NCBI GenBank assembly: GCA_951406725.2
Contig: OX597817.1
Span: 7,874,001-7,938,000 of the forward strand
Origin: Octopus vulgaris
Taxonomy: Eukaryota
Length of the DNA stretch: 64,000 nucleotides
Direction: 5' to 3'
The position numbers were made by a program, and so were the translations under genes. The notes under the pieces are model-generated. The model worked only from the letters and a program-made list of their open reading frames with translations. It was not told the DNA's origin and searched no databases. How positions within the stretch are numbered: position 1 is the stretch's first letter; every line of letters begins with the position of its first letter. Shown in pieces: positions 42,812 to 58,354 of this stretch.

Positions 42812-45800
42812 GGTGAGTATGCTGCTTTACAGACATTTTCTTAACGTTTTATAAACCTTGAAGCCCATAAATTTTCGTTTAAAACAGCTATAAATTGAAT
42901 TATGTAAGAAAACATTCGTTTATACTATTACGTTGTTAATGCATTGGTCCGTACTTGCAATTTGTTAATCAGACAGTTATTTTTTTCCATCTAGGTAACC
43001 ACTGTTATAGAATAGAGTTAACCTTTCATAAAATCCTTGTCTACCATTCGATTTCAATGTACTGCTATATGCATCTTCGTTTCTCTTTTCTTTTTATTTA
43101 GGCGGTTAACATAGTACCTTTAAAAAATATTATACCTGTCACAATCCTATTCATATTTCCCATACAAATCCTATGCCTTTCACCTACACAATAAATCAAC
43201 CATATATAACGTTAAGATTGTGAGTACATGGTAATGGTTGAGAAGCGAACTAAAAATTTTATAGTATATATTCTTAGAGCTTTCTGCATAGATTTCAAAT
43301 CACCTTTCGGCTCATGATTTTTTTCTTTCCCCTTTTTAGCCTACCAAGTTACTATAAAATAAATAATTCATCATACATCAAGCATTCGGCCATACCATTC
43401 TTCTACAAACATTTGCATTGTGCCTTGTCAAAAAAAATCGCTAATATACGGAGAGTGTAGAAAACCGTTAAACAAGAAATAAAGTCCGTGAAAGATGTAA
43501 CGAGTTTGGAGTTATCTCAGTTGCTGCAACTTCACTGCTGTCTTTAGAAAAGACAGGAATGTCACAATTTCCCGTTTCCTGCGTTCCCTAAAATATAACA
43601 TTTGTGTTTCGGTAATACTCGAAGATAGGTGATCGAAATTGCCACGGGAGGAAGGTCAGCCAATATAGATTTTTAAATACATTTATAAACAACTTTCGCT
43701 TAATTTAAAAACGTAGAAAGTTATGATGGCTCTATAGATAAGGAGTGGACTGAGTTGATCGTTCGTACAGAATGAATAACACTAATTTTCTGGCTCAGGC
43801 AAGGCACTGAAACTTCCTTTCTTTCGCTTGCATGACAACGGAAGTATTTTGTTCTTTTTAAATAAAAAGAAAATTAGAAAAAAAAAAGAAAATTAGAAAA
43901 AAAAAGAAAATTAGAAAAAAAAAAGGGGGAAGAAAAACAACTCCATAGTTAGTTACCTAGCTAACATAGAATTGTTGCAATAGAAAATATTTTAAAAGAT
44001 TACTATGCCGAGATCGAATTCGTTGTAGTCGAGAGTATGCATTAGATAATGTACGAAAATATCAAAATTGTAGATAAGTTCAAGGGAAATAACTCTAATT
44101 ACTTTCTAAGGGAGATAACTCTAAAATATTGTTGGCTTTAAATTCATATTTTTTTAATGCTTTATAATGCGTTTCTCCAAATATATTTTATTTTGCTTAG
44201 TTTTAATTCATTTATGATAAATTTTTTTTGAAAAGTGCGCTGCAGTGATGGGTAAGACACGAAATAAACTAAATCCATTCAATTATTTACGTCTCTCTTG
44301 GTTCAAGCCCGAATTTTACCTTCGTATTCGTACTGTTTTGATAAAATTGAACCCAGGTAAAATTTTGGAGTCAATTCACTTAGACTACAAATTCCTTCCT
44401 TTTCCTAACAAAAGATTCTCGAAAAGTCTAATCAGAAGAAATATAAATTGATTAAGGAAAATTGCTTCTTTTAATATTTTGTTGATGTTCTAAATGTTCT
44501 TTTTAATCTAAATAACTGTACGACTATGTTATTGTATTTTTAACACACTCTTCTTGTTTGTCATTTTGATAATTAATAAACAAACTGACATTTGCACGCA
44601 CGCCCAAATCATGAATGCACTTTAAACAACATTAACCAAAATACAATATCTATTTCAACACAGGATCTGAAGAACAGAACGTCATTTACTCTTTCACCTT
44701 TATTATTGGTTCCAGCCAGTAGGCTTTGGTCATACTGGAGCATCACCGAATGTTTATTCACATCACAAAGTTAAATTTTATAAATCAAAAAAAAGTTTCC
44801 TGTCTTGTAGTAAATAAGTATTTTTCATAAATATTTCCATTCCATCGCAACTCTATTAGTTATTCCTTAGTATTATTTCTATTTGCTTTGATGTCGCTTT
44901 ACCTTTCTCTCTTTTCCTTTTTCTTTCATTTGCAATTAGATAATGTATAAGTTCAGTAGTATATGTAAGAAAAAGAATAGTATATTGCACGTGTTTATTC
45001 CTGGGTTGTGGGCTGCAAACTACTTCACTAGCTCTTTTCTATTTCTATGTAAGCCACTAAATTCTACAAATCCTTGAAACATTTACTAGTAGACCATAAA
45101 TATTAGCACTGTGTGATAGACTTTGATTGACAATCCTCGTAGATTCCTACATTTTTCAATCGCTTATTTCACTGACTCACAAGTTAAACACACTTTTCAC
45201 GACGGTCTGCTGTTCGTCCAATCATTTAACCTTCTTAATTATTTTAGTATGAGTAGCATTGAAAGAGATAAGCTCTCAATATATTCAGACTGCAATCCGA
45301 TTTCAGTCAGCTTTTGATATCAATTTTATTTAGCTACTAATATCCTTGAGACAGATATGAATATCGTAAAATTATTATGCACTCTCCTTTAGAACGTAGG
45401 GCTTCTTTCCAATTCAAAAGACACCATTATTCGTTATACTTACTTAGCAGATACAGACCGACCAAAGAAATTGCTGGAGAACGAAAACTAAATATCGACT
45501 ACTGAAGCACTTCTTTAACAACTTTTCTAGTATCAAAGATATCAAAGGTCTCGTAAACAAATCAGTTTGATGTTATTCATAACCCATTTTTATATATATA
45601 TTTAATTTTTTATTCTCCTACGCCGCCTTTTATTTCATTAAGTTTGCAGAGTCGCTGCTGGCCAAGTGGATAAGATGTCAGACTACTAAACGAAATGACA
45701 TACTCTTGTACTCCTTTGTCGACATTGTACTGTGTCCAGCGTACAGACACTGAACTATTAATTAGCATATTCTTCCTAGTTATAATTAGAGCGCCAAGGG

Positions 45801-46469
45801 TAGACTCGAACCCACTCCTGCTAATAACAACTGTGAGCAGCTGGAGAATTGTACAATTAGTGAGTTTTGTTAGCCTATAGCTTACTGTGTTGAGTTCAAG
45901 TCCTTCTCAAACCTGATCTGGACCCATAACAGAAGCGTTCACATCGCGGCCTTGTTTTAAATTATTCCATCACAATAGTGAAGTCGTTATGAATGAAATG
46001 TTTACAATTTCCTCTTAAATGGATAACAGAATGACAGGGATATATCAGACAACCATCGACAGAGTTGTTGACTCATTTCACGTCATCGACGCAATGGTAT
46101 GTTCCTGGTCAAGAGACACATAACATTCAATAGCCGGTCCTTCTAGCTGCAAATAGGTATTGCAGAGTGGGATCATCCCATTGCAACTGGCAGTGAAAAG
46201 CAAAGAGATTTGTCAGTTTTTAATCCTGACCAGCATTTTGCCTTAAGGAAAAAAGTAACCTAGAAGGTCTGTCTCTCTCAGTCATCTACTTCTTAATGAA
46301 ATACACAGAAACCGTATGGAAGCGCTGGCCCAGGGCTTATAAAGTCGATTTAAGGAAGTATGATAATTTAAACCAAAAACAGGGCAGTCCGTGTAGCTTG
46401 ATAAAAACGAAATGAAAGAAACGAAACGAAATAAATCAAAACAAAATTCAAAACTTAGCAGCCGTAAAT

Positions 46470-46530
46470 CCAGGAGATCTGTATTTCCAGGAGATCCGTA
46501 TTTCCAGGAGATCCGTATATCCAGGAGATC
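46470..46530. repeat. 17-bp tandem repeat (CCAGGAGATCYGTATWT), about 3.6 copies
   Basis: Seen directly. Confidence 0.92.
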
Positions 46531-46705
46531 AGTGAGAAAGCGAGTTGGTGGCTTTTGCTCATTAGTCTTCCTTTTTTTTTAATTTAATTACCCTTGTAGT
46601 TTTATTGTTGCTTTTTTTTTTCTTTTCTGTCGCTAATGCCTCTGGATAAAGCATGAACGCCACGACTTTCATAATTCCCTCCTTTAAAATTAAAACATCT
46701 TACCT

Positions 46706-46782
46706 ATGCAAAAAAATTTTTATTGCTTCTATTGTTTACTGTTATTATTGTTGAATTTTATTAATGATTTTGTAACTGTGAG
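46706..46782 (+). CDS. Candidate first coding exon of an unidentified secreted or membrane protein (MQKNFYCFYCLLLLLLNFINDFVTV[S/R])
   Basis: ATG, then a basic residue, then a hydrophobic core, ending at donor AG|gtaacg (46783). No downstream exon was identified. Confidence 0.33.
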
Positions 46783-47244
46783 GTAACGTATTGCCGTTGT
46801 TATATAATTGCTGCTGCTACTGCTGCTGCTGCTGCTTATGTTATTTGTGGTTGTCCTTGTGCTTGTTGTTGTTGTTGTTGTTGCAGAAGAATGTTGTTTT
46901 GTGTGCGTGAATGCAAGTCAAATAAATTCAAGATCGCCGAGTGTTTCTTATGAATGACTGTATGCATACATGTATGTATGAATGAATGTATGTTTGTATG
47001 TACGTACGTACGCACGTATGTAGGCATGTAAGTACGCTTGCATGTTTATACATACGAATGTACGTATATATATGTGTGTGTGTATGTATGTGTGTGAATA
47101 CGTACATGTATGTATGTATGGGTGTATGTGTGTACCAGCTGTCGATATATATATCTATCTATAAATGCACTGTCTTAAAATTATGTATACATGAGTCAGT
47201 AATTCTGTATTGGTGGATCTTGAGCTAGAATTTACCTAAGCTGA

Positions 47245-47277
<33 letters not shown>

Positions 47278-47670
47278 CATACATACATACATACATACAT
47301 ACATACATACATACATACATACATACATACATACATACATACATACATACACACATACACACACAAACACACACACACACACAAGGAACACAGACATGTG
47401 AATAAACAGGCAGGCTGAATGACAGTTAGTGTGTCAGACAATCACAATAAAAGAAAATTAACTGACAAAAATATATAAGAAAAAAACTAATTAAAACATA
47501 TCTAAAGAAAAAAAAATAATTAAATTTCATAATGTATAAATTAAACCCAAAATTAACGATAATAATAACAATAATAATAATAATAATAATAACAATAATA
47601 ATAATAATAATTTTGCTCAATTCCCAGTAGTGAGATCCTAAGATGCTAACATTAAAACAAAATCTAACCT

Positions 47671-47734
<64 letters not shown>

Positions 47735-49319
47735 TTACTGCTTCTTCTTTACTCTCTTCTTTCTACTTTATATTATACAGGCCAGACAAACATAATTTTC
47801 TGGCTTTCCTTGGAGGGTTTTTTGCATTTTGTTTTGTTTTACTTTTCTTTCTTTTTTTCTTTTTTTAATTTTTTTTTTAAAACAATAAACCATATCTGTC
47901 CAATCTAAAATTATATCTGGTCACTTAAATTATAAATTTGACCAGCACAAAACTTTTTTTAGTCAATCCAAATAATTCTCTAACTTTTCATGGATCACAT
48001 TCTGAAAAAGAAAAAAAAAAGACTATTGCCTGAATGAAAAGGAGATTTCTATTTTGGAATGAGGGTAAAGAGGTTTTTTTGACAATGAATGAATGAATTA
48101 TGAATAAATGAATAAATGGATTGATGAAGGAAAGAAAAAAAGTAACGATGGAAGAAAAGAATTCCTTGCATGGAAAGTAAAAAGGCTGTGGGGGAAATTG
48201 AGAAAGAAAATTTGCATGTAGATATAAGAGAAAGAAAGAAATATAGAATGAATGAATGAAATTAAACCAGAAAGTCAGAAGAACTGAATTGAAAGAAAGA
48301 AAGGCAGAAAGGAATGAAAAAATTAATAAATAAAAATTTTTCATTTTACTGCAACAACCAAGAAGGTATCAGAAAAAAGCACCAGCAAGAGTGATAGTGA
48401 GAGATGAAGAACTAGAGAGAGTGAGAGCATTAGAGAGATGTAGGGAGAGAGAGAATGAAAGAAACTAGAAACTGTGTGTGTGTGTGTGTGAGTATGCATA
48501 AGGAAATAAAAGTAGAATGGAAAACAAGAAGCGTAAATAATAAAATTGAGAAAAGAGTGAACGAATAGAGGGAAGCTCTGAAAGAATAAAAGAGAAATGT
48601 GATAAAACACAAAGATGTGACAAACTATCTTATGAAACAGAATCAAGATTACTGAACTTAAATAAAACAAACCAACATTTGAAAAACTGAGCAAGAAACG
48701 AACATCCAGTTTGATATGGACGTAAATTATGTAAAAGGGCAACTGTCACCCTGAACTGACCTTACTGTATCAATAGGAATCACACTCCACTATCATAAAA
48801 CTGATTAATAGGTTGATTTGATTGACCAATTCATGGATTGATTGATTGATTGATTGATTGACTATTACATTGATCAGCTGTCAATGAAAGCTGATGACCC
48901 ATTCCAAGCCCATCCATCCCCTATAAAAAAAAAATGAAAAATGAATCTACTCAATACCTACTCACTTTTCCACCTGCCTACCTTATATATATATATAAAT
49001 GTAAATATATATATAGATATATATATATATGTACATGCATATATGTGCATGTATGTATGTATATATATATATATACATGCCATTTTGATATTTGACACTA
49101 TTAATTATTTATACTTTATTACACTCATGTCGCCCTGTCTTTATGTTCATCTGCCTCTACTTGTTTGTCATAAAGCATGTGGTGTATGTATGTATGTGTG
49201 TATGAAGGTATGTATAGGAATATATATATACATATATATACATATATATATTCATACATATATATATACATACATGCAAACATATACACACACATACATA
49301 GATGCAAATATATACATGC

Positions 49320-49399
<80 letters not shown>

Positions 49400-49551
49400 T
49401 GTGTGTGTACACACCATAATGATATGTGTATATATGCATATATATTGTGTTTGTGCATGTATATAATAAATATATACATGCATATATATATGTATGTTTG
49501 TATGTGTATACATATGTATATATATTACATACATATACATAGATACATATA

Positions 49552-49585
<34 letters not shown>

Positions 49586-49690
49586 TATATACATATATAT
49601 GTATGTATATATACATATATATACATATACATATATATATATACATATATATATATACATATACATATATATACATATACATATATATAC

Positions 49691-49775
<85 letters not shown>

Positions 49776-50522
49776 TATGCACATGTGCATATGCAAACAT
49801 GCATACAAGCATACACAGACATACGTTTTAGTTAGATTTCTTTTCCATACTTTTCTTATGAATCACATTTGGACTGACTTTGGTTGATTCTCACTACAAT
49901 AACTACAGCTAATACTATTGTGAAAGCTCCTTATGATTCTACCTCTTAATTAAGTCTTTTCACAATGCTACCTCCGATAAAGCTTCTTTGATTTGATTTT
50001 GATTTGAGTTTATCTTTTTTTTTTATTATTATTATTTTTCAATCATTTTTTTTTTTTTTTTGGTGTATGTTTTTCAAAATGGTAGCTTCTACAATGTTCA
50101 GAACAATAATAATAATAATAATAATGATAATTATTATTATTATTGGTATTATATTAATAACTGCTACCAAATAGTGATAATTTGCTTGGATATTGTCTAA
50201 TTGTAAGGCTGAGAACTACAACTTTTTGTAAATATTTTTCTTAGACATGCATTCAACGATGTACTTGTGCTCATACATACACACAAATATGCATACACCC
50301 ACATTCTCATACACACAAAATTCCTTACTAACAGATATGTATACTGACATATGCTCACTGACACACACATACACTCATATATATATAGATAGATAAGTTT
50401 CTTTATTTGCCACACAGGGCTACACACAGATGGGACAAGTTACAAGGTAGAGTTTTTCTTTTGGAGGATGAAAAAAACAAAAAACAAAAAACTAAAGAAA
50501 CAAAAAAAAGGATAGTTTGATT

Positions 50523-50659
<137 letters not shown>

Positions 50660-50689
50660 GTAGATAGATAGATATGTATCATCGTCATC

Positions 50690-51125
50690 ATTATTATCAT
50701 CCTTTAACGTCCACTTTTCCATGCTAGTATGGGTTAGACGGAATTCTGTTGGGAATGGATATCCTTCCGGTTGCCAGGCTTCGTCTCTTTCCAAGTAACG
50801 TAATATTTCCTATGACTAAACATGTCTTTCATGGAAAACTGGAAATGTGCAACATCATTTGTATGATGATGATGCTCGTTTACAACCATCACATGATGTC
50901 AAGAAGGAGTACACACAAAAACACACACACACACCACACACTTACACACACACACATACATTTATAGATGTAAACATACATGATGGGTGTCTTTTAGTTC
51001 CCATCAACTAAATTCATTCACAAGGCTTTCATTGACTTGGGGCTATAGTACAAGACATTTGCCCAAGGTAACATGCAGTGGGACTAAACATGAACTCACG
51101 TAGTAAGCTTCCTTAACCACACATG
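50690..51125 (-). mobile_element. Old SINE with a family-A-like head and an RTE-type tail (..catggaaaagtggacgttaaa(GAT)n)
   Basis: Homologous to the + copy at 63135-63550. Confidence 0.7.
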
Positions 51126-51147
51126 TGTATATATATATATATTTATT

Positions 51148-51470
51148 TCCTTTGTTTCTGTATTAAGACTACTATCGGTTTCATGTTATGAAAAATATCT
51201 TAATATCTTAACAATTTTTCAAGCCAATCACATGGAGGGATGGCGTTCATATCCATTTTGGGTGAAAACACATAGTCTTGTGAATTTTCCGCCCTTAATT
51301 TATTGTTTTCTTTATGAGACTTTCTGTGAATACATGAGACTTTGCGTTTTCATCCAAAATGGAAACAAACACCATCCCTCCATGTGGTCGGCTTGAAAAA
51401 TTGTTAGGATATTAAGATAGTTTTCTTAACATGGAACCAATGCTAACCTTAATACACAAATAAAGAAAAT
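51148..51470. repeat. Long imperfect palindrome (arms about 51148-51281 and 51333-51470)
   Basis: e.g. tatcttaatatcttaacaatttttcaagcc..cacatggagggatgg vs ccatccctccatgtg..ggcttgaaaaattgttaggatattaagata. Confidence 0.88.
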
Positions 51471-51514
51471 CTTTCCACCAGTGTGATGTTGAGCACTCAT
51501 TCTCATCGTTCAAC

Positions 51515-51552
<38 letters not shown>

Positions 51553-51763
51553 ATTAATAAATAAAATTCTAGCAAAAAATTCTCCACTGCCAGTGGTCTA
51601 GTGAGAAAGAAAAGATAGTCAAAGACTATATAATATACATTCAACAATATAAGGAATGGCCATAATAGGACATTCGACTCACTAGAAAGAGCAGCCAAAC
51701 TCAAACCGCTAAATAGTTTTAATTCTGAAATAGAAAGAGAAATAAAAACGTTTACCCCTTTCA

Positions 51764-51852
51764 TCTCTGGACTATGCATAGTTTCGGCAAACTTTGGTAA
51801 ACAAATTAATTAATTAAATTTATTTACAACTGGCGTGCCTCATCAGCAGAGA
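51764..51852 (-). ncRNA. Type I hammerhead ribozyme (Penelope/retrozyme type, palindromic stem III)
   Basis: Minus strand: UCUCUG-CUGAUGA-GGCA[46 nt]UGCC-GAA-ACUAUGCAUAGU-C-CAGAGA. All core nucleotides, the GUC triplet and stems I-III are present. Confidence 0.8.
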
Positions 51853-52125
51853 CGGTTGTATATATATATATATATACACACACACATACATACATAGAAA
51901 TTAAGGGACACCTTTGTTGAATGTAGCACATTTCAATATGTTTTGTTAGCTACTTGTACTAAATGGGCATACAAGAGATTGTTAAACTGTTCAGGGCTAC
52001 TATGCCATTAGTCAAAATGATTATTATGAAAGACAAGTTAACAATTTAGAAATCTCACAAGACAAAAAAATACAAATGTACATGAAAATTAACTAATCAC
52101 ATACATACATACATATACATACATA

Positions 52126-52160
<35 letters not shown>

Positions 52161-53492
52161 GCATGTGCATACATATATGTGTGTGTGTGCATATGAATAT
52201 ATATACACATGTACTTACATATAGTTAATAGTTGTCCCAGCAAAGCCACAGCCTTTGGATAGGAACACATAAAAAAATAAAGGAATATATGAAATTTCAC
52301 ATACTTTCCAAATTTGCTAAACACTTTTGATTATGAATGGTTCATGATTGGTGTGTATATATATGTGTGACAGTGTATAAGTTTATATGCCAGCCAATAT
52401 TTCATCTAAAATAGGAACAAAGATTTATTTTTATTTTTATTTTTTTTCTCCTCCATTTCTAAACACAATATATTATAATAAATGCTCAAGTTTATATCAT
52501 TAAGACAGAGACATCACATCACTCTGCAAAACCTTCACATGCACTCAGTCTCTCTCTCTCTCTCTCTCATGCACACACACATTCCATGGCTGTTTCTATG
52601 TTAGCGCCATCACCCAACATATCATACCACACATCCTAAATCTCAAATCCCTTGAAAATATCCTCTCTTATCCCTCCCACAATTATTATCTCCTATCATC
52701 TGAACTTCTGATTTAACATTTTAACATGTCACAGGCAATCTTATATATTTTTTACTGACTTTTTTTCACTTTTTTTTTGTTAATTTACTTGTTCAGTTTG
52801 GATTCTTGCTTTGAATTGTTTGTTTCTAAGTTTTCTATTGATGACATTTTTTTTTTAAAACTCATTATCTAATTAATTAGTGTGGTGGATAAACAGAATC
52901 AGCAGAGCATTAAAAAAACTGCTCTTACAACATTCGTTTTAGCTTTTTGCATTATGAGTTCAAAACCTACCAAGATCAACTTGACCTTTTGTCCCTCTGG
53001 GGTGTCAATAAAATAAAATACCATGGACAATGGTATTGATTAAATGCCCATCACCCACCCACCTCACACACACAAATTTCAGGCTTTGTGCCTATGTTAG
53101 AAACAAACACTTGATTTATTTTTGTTGTTGTTGTTGTTGTTGTTGTTATTTTTATCCTCTGATTAAAGTATTAATATACTTTTATTTATTATAATTAATT
53201 TAATTTTTTTGTTTTATTTTTGTTTTGTTTTGTTTTTTTATTTGGATATGATTATATAAGATATCCTGTTCACAAGTAAGAATAGTTGTGCAACTACTAA
53301 CACTACTAATATTAGTAATACTGGTAAAAAAAAAAAAAATTAGTAACAGTGATATTAAGGGAAGAAGAGTAGGGGAAGGAAGGGGGCTCTATTTGCCACA
53401 AGGACAGTACAAATATAAAGCAAAACCAAAAAAATTTAATGGTGTACATACATTTTTAAAGAGCAAAAGATATAATAAAAACATAGGACATG

Positions 53493-54086
<594 letters not shown>

Positions 54087-54126
54087 TAATATTAATAATA
54101 ATAATAATAATAATAATGATGATTCG

Positions 54127-54265
54127 TTTAGTGCAGATCCAGAAAACAGTGTTATAAGCAACAGCTAGGATACTTAGGAAGGTTCTTGGCATCTAAGGTT
54201 ACTTATTGTTGTCTGATGTTGGGAATTTTTCTTTTCCAACAGTTTAACCTGCTGTGCATATATAA
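54127..54265 (+). mobile_element. 3' fragment of the RLE-type LINE family also seen at 38891
   Basis: Translates LVQIQKTVL*ATARILRKVLGI. Shares the 3' UTR and has (AAT)n flanks. Confidence 0.75.
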
Positions 54266-54854
54266 AATAATAATGGTAATGATAATAATAACAGTAATAT
54301 TTTTTTTATTTGGGTCATGTATAATAGAGACATTACAAGGTTACAAGGTCAGATTGCAAAATTGATGGCAGAGAGGGGGTTAAATTTTCATGGCTGTTTT
54401 TTTGTCTTTACTTCTTTTCAATTCTTTTTTTTTTTATTTTCTTCTTTATTCTGGGTTGCTAAGAGAGAGATGGGATATCTTCCTGTGTATTACTACAATG
54501 CTTAGGGACCAACTTAAAAATAGACCCTAGTTATAAAATGAAATGTCAACAATATGCAAAATGAAATTTTTTTAACTGTCTGTACGAGACACATTCTCAA
54601 AACAAATGCCACAGTATTGCGGCTTCCTTACAGTATAGCCACATTAAGTAAGACATACAGATCACTTGGTAAGAACAAAACACAATAGTGTCACTTTGTG
54701 AAGTAGTTAGTATGCTTGCCTTTTCACCAGACAAACTGTGTCATTCAGTTTCTGTCCCCAAAATATAGCACATATTTATTTATTTATTGAATGATAGTGT
54801 TTGCCTCTTCTATATACTAGTTAAACACAAATATATATATATTTACACAGACAT

Positions 54855-54901
<47 letters not shown>

Positions 54902-55606
54902 CTGTTCACATGATAGGATCAGTAAATAAAATGCTCAATTCAGCGAGAGTAAATTATCATTTAATAACTGCAGCAGTTCACATGAGCTACTTCAAGTTTC
55001 ATGTTGTACAAGCACATCCTAGTACTGCACTTTCCAAGTATGAAACTTGAAATTGCTCATGTATGACTTCTGTATTCATTAAATTATACACAGACACACA
55101 CACACACACACTCCAATACACATAAATAAATGCATACAATGACTTTACACACACATACACTTTGCTATTTCAAAAACAAGTGCTAACTACATACAATGAA
55201 TATATACATGTGTGTGTGTTACATTTTCATAGACTCAGAACACACTGATCTTTAGTTCTTCACCTTCACTAGATATATGGTGAATATGAATGCATGTTTA
55301 GCATGTTTACATATATCTGTGTGTGTGTGTGTGTGTGTGCATGTATATGTATGTATGTATGTATGTATATGTGTGTATGCATATATATATATATATATAT
55401 ATACATACACACGCACATACATAGATGTATAAATGTAATGAATGCATACATATATATGTATGTTTGTATGGTTGTATCAGGGTATATATATATGCTTGTG
55501 TGTATATAAGTACGTGTGTTTGCTTGTTACAATTTCTATATGTAATTATGAAATGCACTATGAACTAATGTACAAATTTATTTAGATACATCTGTATGTA
55601 TGTATG

Positions 55607-55638
<32 letters not shown>

Positions 55639-56132
55639 CATGTATATGTGTGTGTATGTGTGTGTGTGTTTCTATCCATATATGTTTGTTCGTTTGTCTT
55701 TGCAGGCACAAATGTTATATATATATGTCTTTCTGATTTAGTAAATTTAGCACCTGACGAAAATGTTAGAGAATGGAACTGGGGGAGGGGAAAATAATGT
55801 GAAAAGAAAAAGAAATGAAAAGATGATAACCAAAAATTTTTTTTTTCACCTTCACGTGTTTATATAATTTCATGTTTTTCACCCTTATATATTTCTTTAA
55901 AAAGAGTTCCATATAGCACTCATGCACATACACACACAAACACACACACACATACTTACCAACCAGCATTGGTTCCATCACATATAGATATATATATATA
56001 CCTATATATATACATATATACCTATATATATATACATATATACCTATATATATATATACATATATACCTATATATATATACATATATACCTATATATATA
56101 TACATATATACCTATATATATATACATATATA

Positions 56133-56188
<56 letters not shown>

Positions 56189-56331
56189 CATGTATACCTA
56201 TACATGTATGTATGTATGCATGTGTGTGTGTGTATGTATATTCACTCACTCATATAATCTGTTTTTTATACACCATTTTTATATCAATATAGACAAAAAC
56301 ACCATGATCAAAGGGCTCAGAACTGAAACAA

Positions 56332-56394
<63 letters not shown>

Positions 56395-57968
56395 GGCGGT
56401 GTATTAGGAAAATCAATAGACCGTCAGAAAAACTGTGCTATATTTAGTTATCTCCCTTTACATTCTGACTTCAAATTTCCATTGGGGGTCAAATTTGCCT
56501 TTCATTATTCTGGGAAGTTGGGGGTTGATAAAATAAAGTACTAGCCAAGTACTGATGTCCATTTAATCAACAACCTCCTCTGCCCAAATTCCTAGTCTTC
56601 TGCCTTTGTTAGAAAAGATTATTACCATTATTATTATTATTATTATTATTATTAGCATTTTACCATTACTACTAATACAGTTACTACTACTACAATTAAT
56701 AATAATAATATACATGTGTGACAGTCACCGTAGAGTAGATGGTTAGCTTCCAACATTCCAAATCCTCAACGTGATTTTGGTTACCGTTTGCAACTATTTC
56801 TTCACTCTAATGTTGCTAATGCCCTTAGGAAAGGCAGGAACACTACAATTACCTATTTTCCTGAACCCCTAAAAAATCTGAGATGTTGTGCCTCTTTAGA
56901 AAAAAAAAAAAAAACAGAGAATATAATCAAATAATTTTATTTCATGGAATGCAATATTTTAGCTATTAAAAAACTAGTTTTTTGGCAAATCTTTAGATAA
57001 AAAGTACAAAAAAAACAAATTATAATCACATTTTTTAATCACATTTTTCTATTGATTCTTGATTATATATTTTTTCTTTTAAAATTTCACTTTTACACAA
57101 CATATTCTTTTAACACCATCCTAACAACACTTTTACTCACACACATACACACACATATACACATATATAGTAGTATACGCATGTATATACTACTATATAC
57201 GCATAAACATATACCATCATCATCATCTTATATACCTACACACATATACGCACTTACATATATATAGATATAGATATATAAAGAATAGAATAAAGCAAGA
57301 GATTCAGTTAAACTCAGTATTATGACATCATAAATTACAAAACTTTAGCGGTGGTGCCCCAGCATGGCCGCGGCCTTCAGGCTAAAACATTTTTAAGGAT
57401 TCTAAGGATTTATATGCTTCACTAGTGAATAATATTGTGCGGTAATTGTTACACAGACAATTACATAATCATTTATAATACCAAATCATCAGGAGAAAAT
57501 AGTAAGTTACTCTATTGTTAATTACCTGACCTCAGTCAGTAGCCAGAGCTGATAATGGTATTTAACAAAGGGATAAATTACTTCTTCTGAAGATCTGTTA
57601 TTCAAAGGTGGTTGTGCAATCACCTTTAGATGATTATCCAATTGCCTATGTAACGATTAGCAAATGACATACTAGCAGACATTGGTGAAACACGTGTAAA
57701 GAGTGTGTCATTTATGATGTTATAATAATGAGGTTAACTGATATTCTTACTTTATTCTGTTCTTAGATATACACTCTGTAAATTATTCAAAAATATATAA
57801 TACCAAAATAAATCAGAGAACAAATTACATATAATATTTGACTGGAAGTTAGCCATACATGGAATCAAAGCATTCTAAGCATTGGTTAACTGCTATGATA
57901 TCTTGTTTGAAATAGAAACTTTTCAATAGATACACACACACACACACACACACACACATACGTGTGTA

Positions 57969-58020
<52 letters not shown>

Positions 58021-58166
58021 TATATACATGTATATGTATACATGTCTGTGTATGATATATATATATATATGTATATATATATGTATATATATATATATGT
58101 ATATATATATATGTATGTATGTACGATATACATATATATGCATACATGTCTGTGTATGCATATATG

Positions 58167-58216
<50 letters not shown>

Positions 58217-58290
58217 TTTGTACATGTGTATGCACACACACAATATGAATATGAATATACATATATACATCTGCATATATATATATGCAC

Positions 58291-58354
<64 letters not shown>

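Noticed and set aside
44830-45560. Possible Penelope/LINE RT relic
   Set aside because: Motifs are too decayed to support by eye.
46470-46530. CRISPR-like repeat
   Set aside because: No spacers, eukaryotic context, and a simple 17-bp VNTR.
47988-48742. Hydrophobic minus-strand ORFs resembling membrane proteins
   Set aside because: Reverse complement of purine-rich low-complexity DNA with no family motifs.
49915-49970. attgtgaaa...tttcacaat hairpin as a miRNA
   Set aside because: Only about 9 bp pair cleanly, too weak to call.
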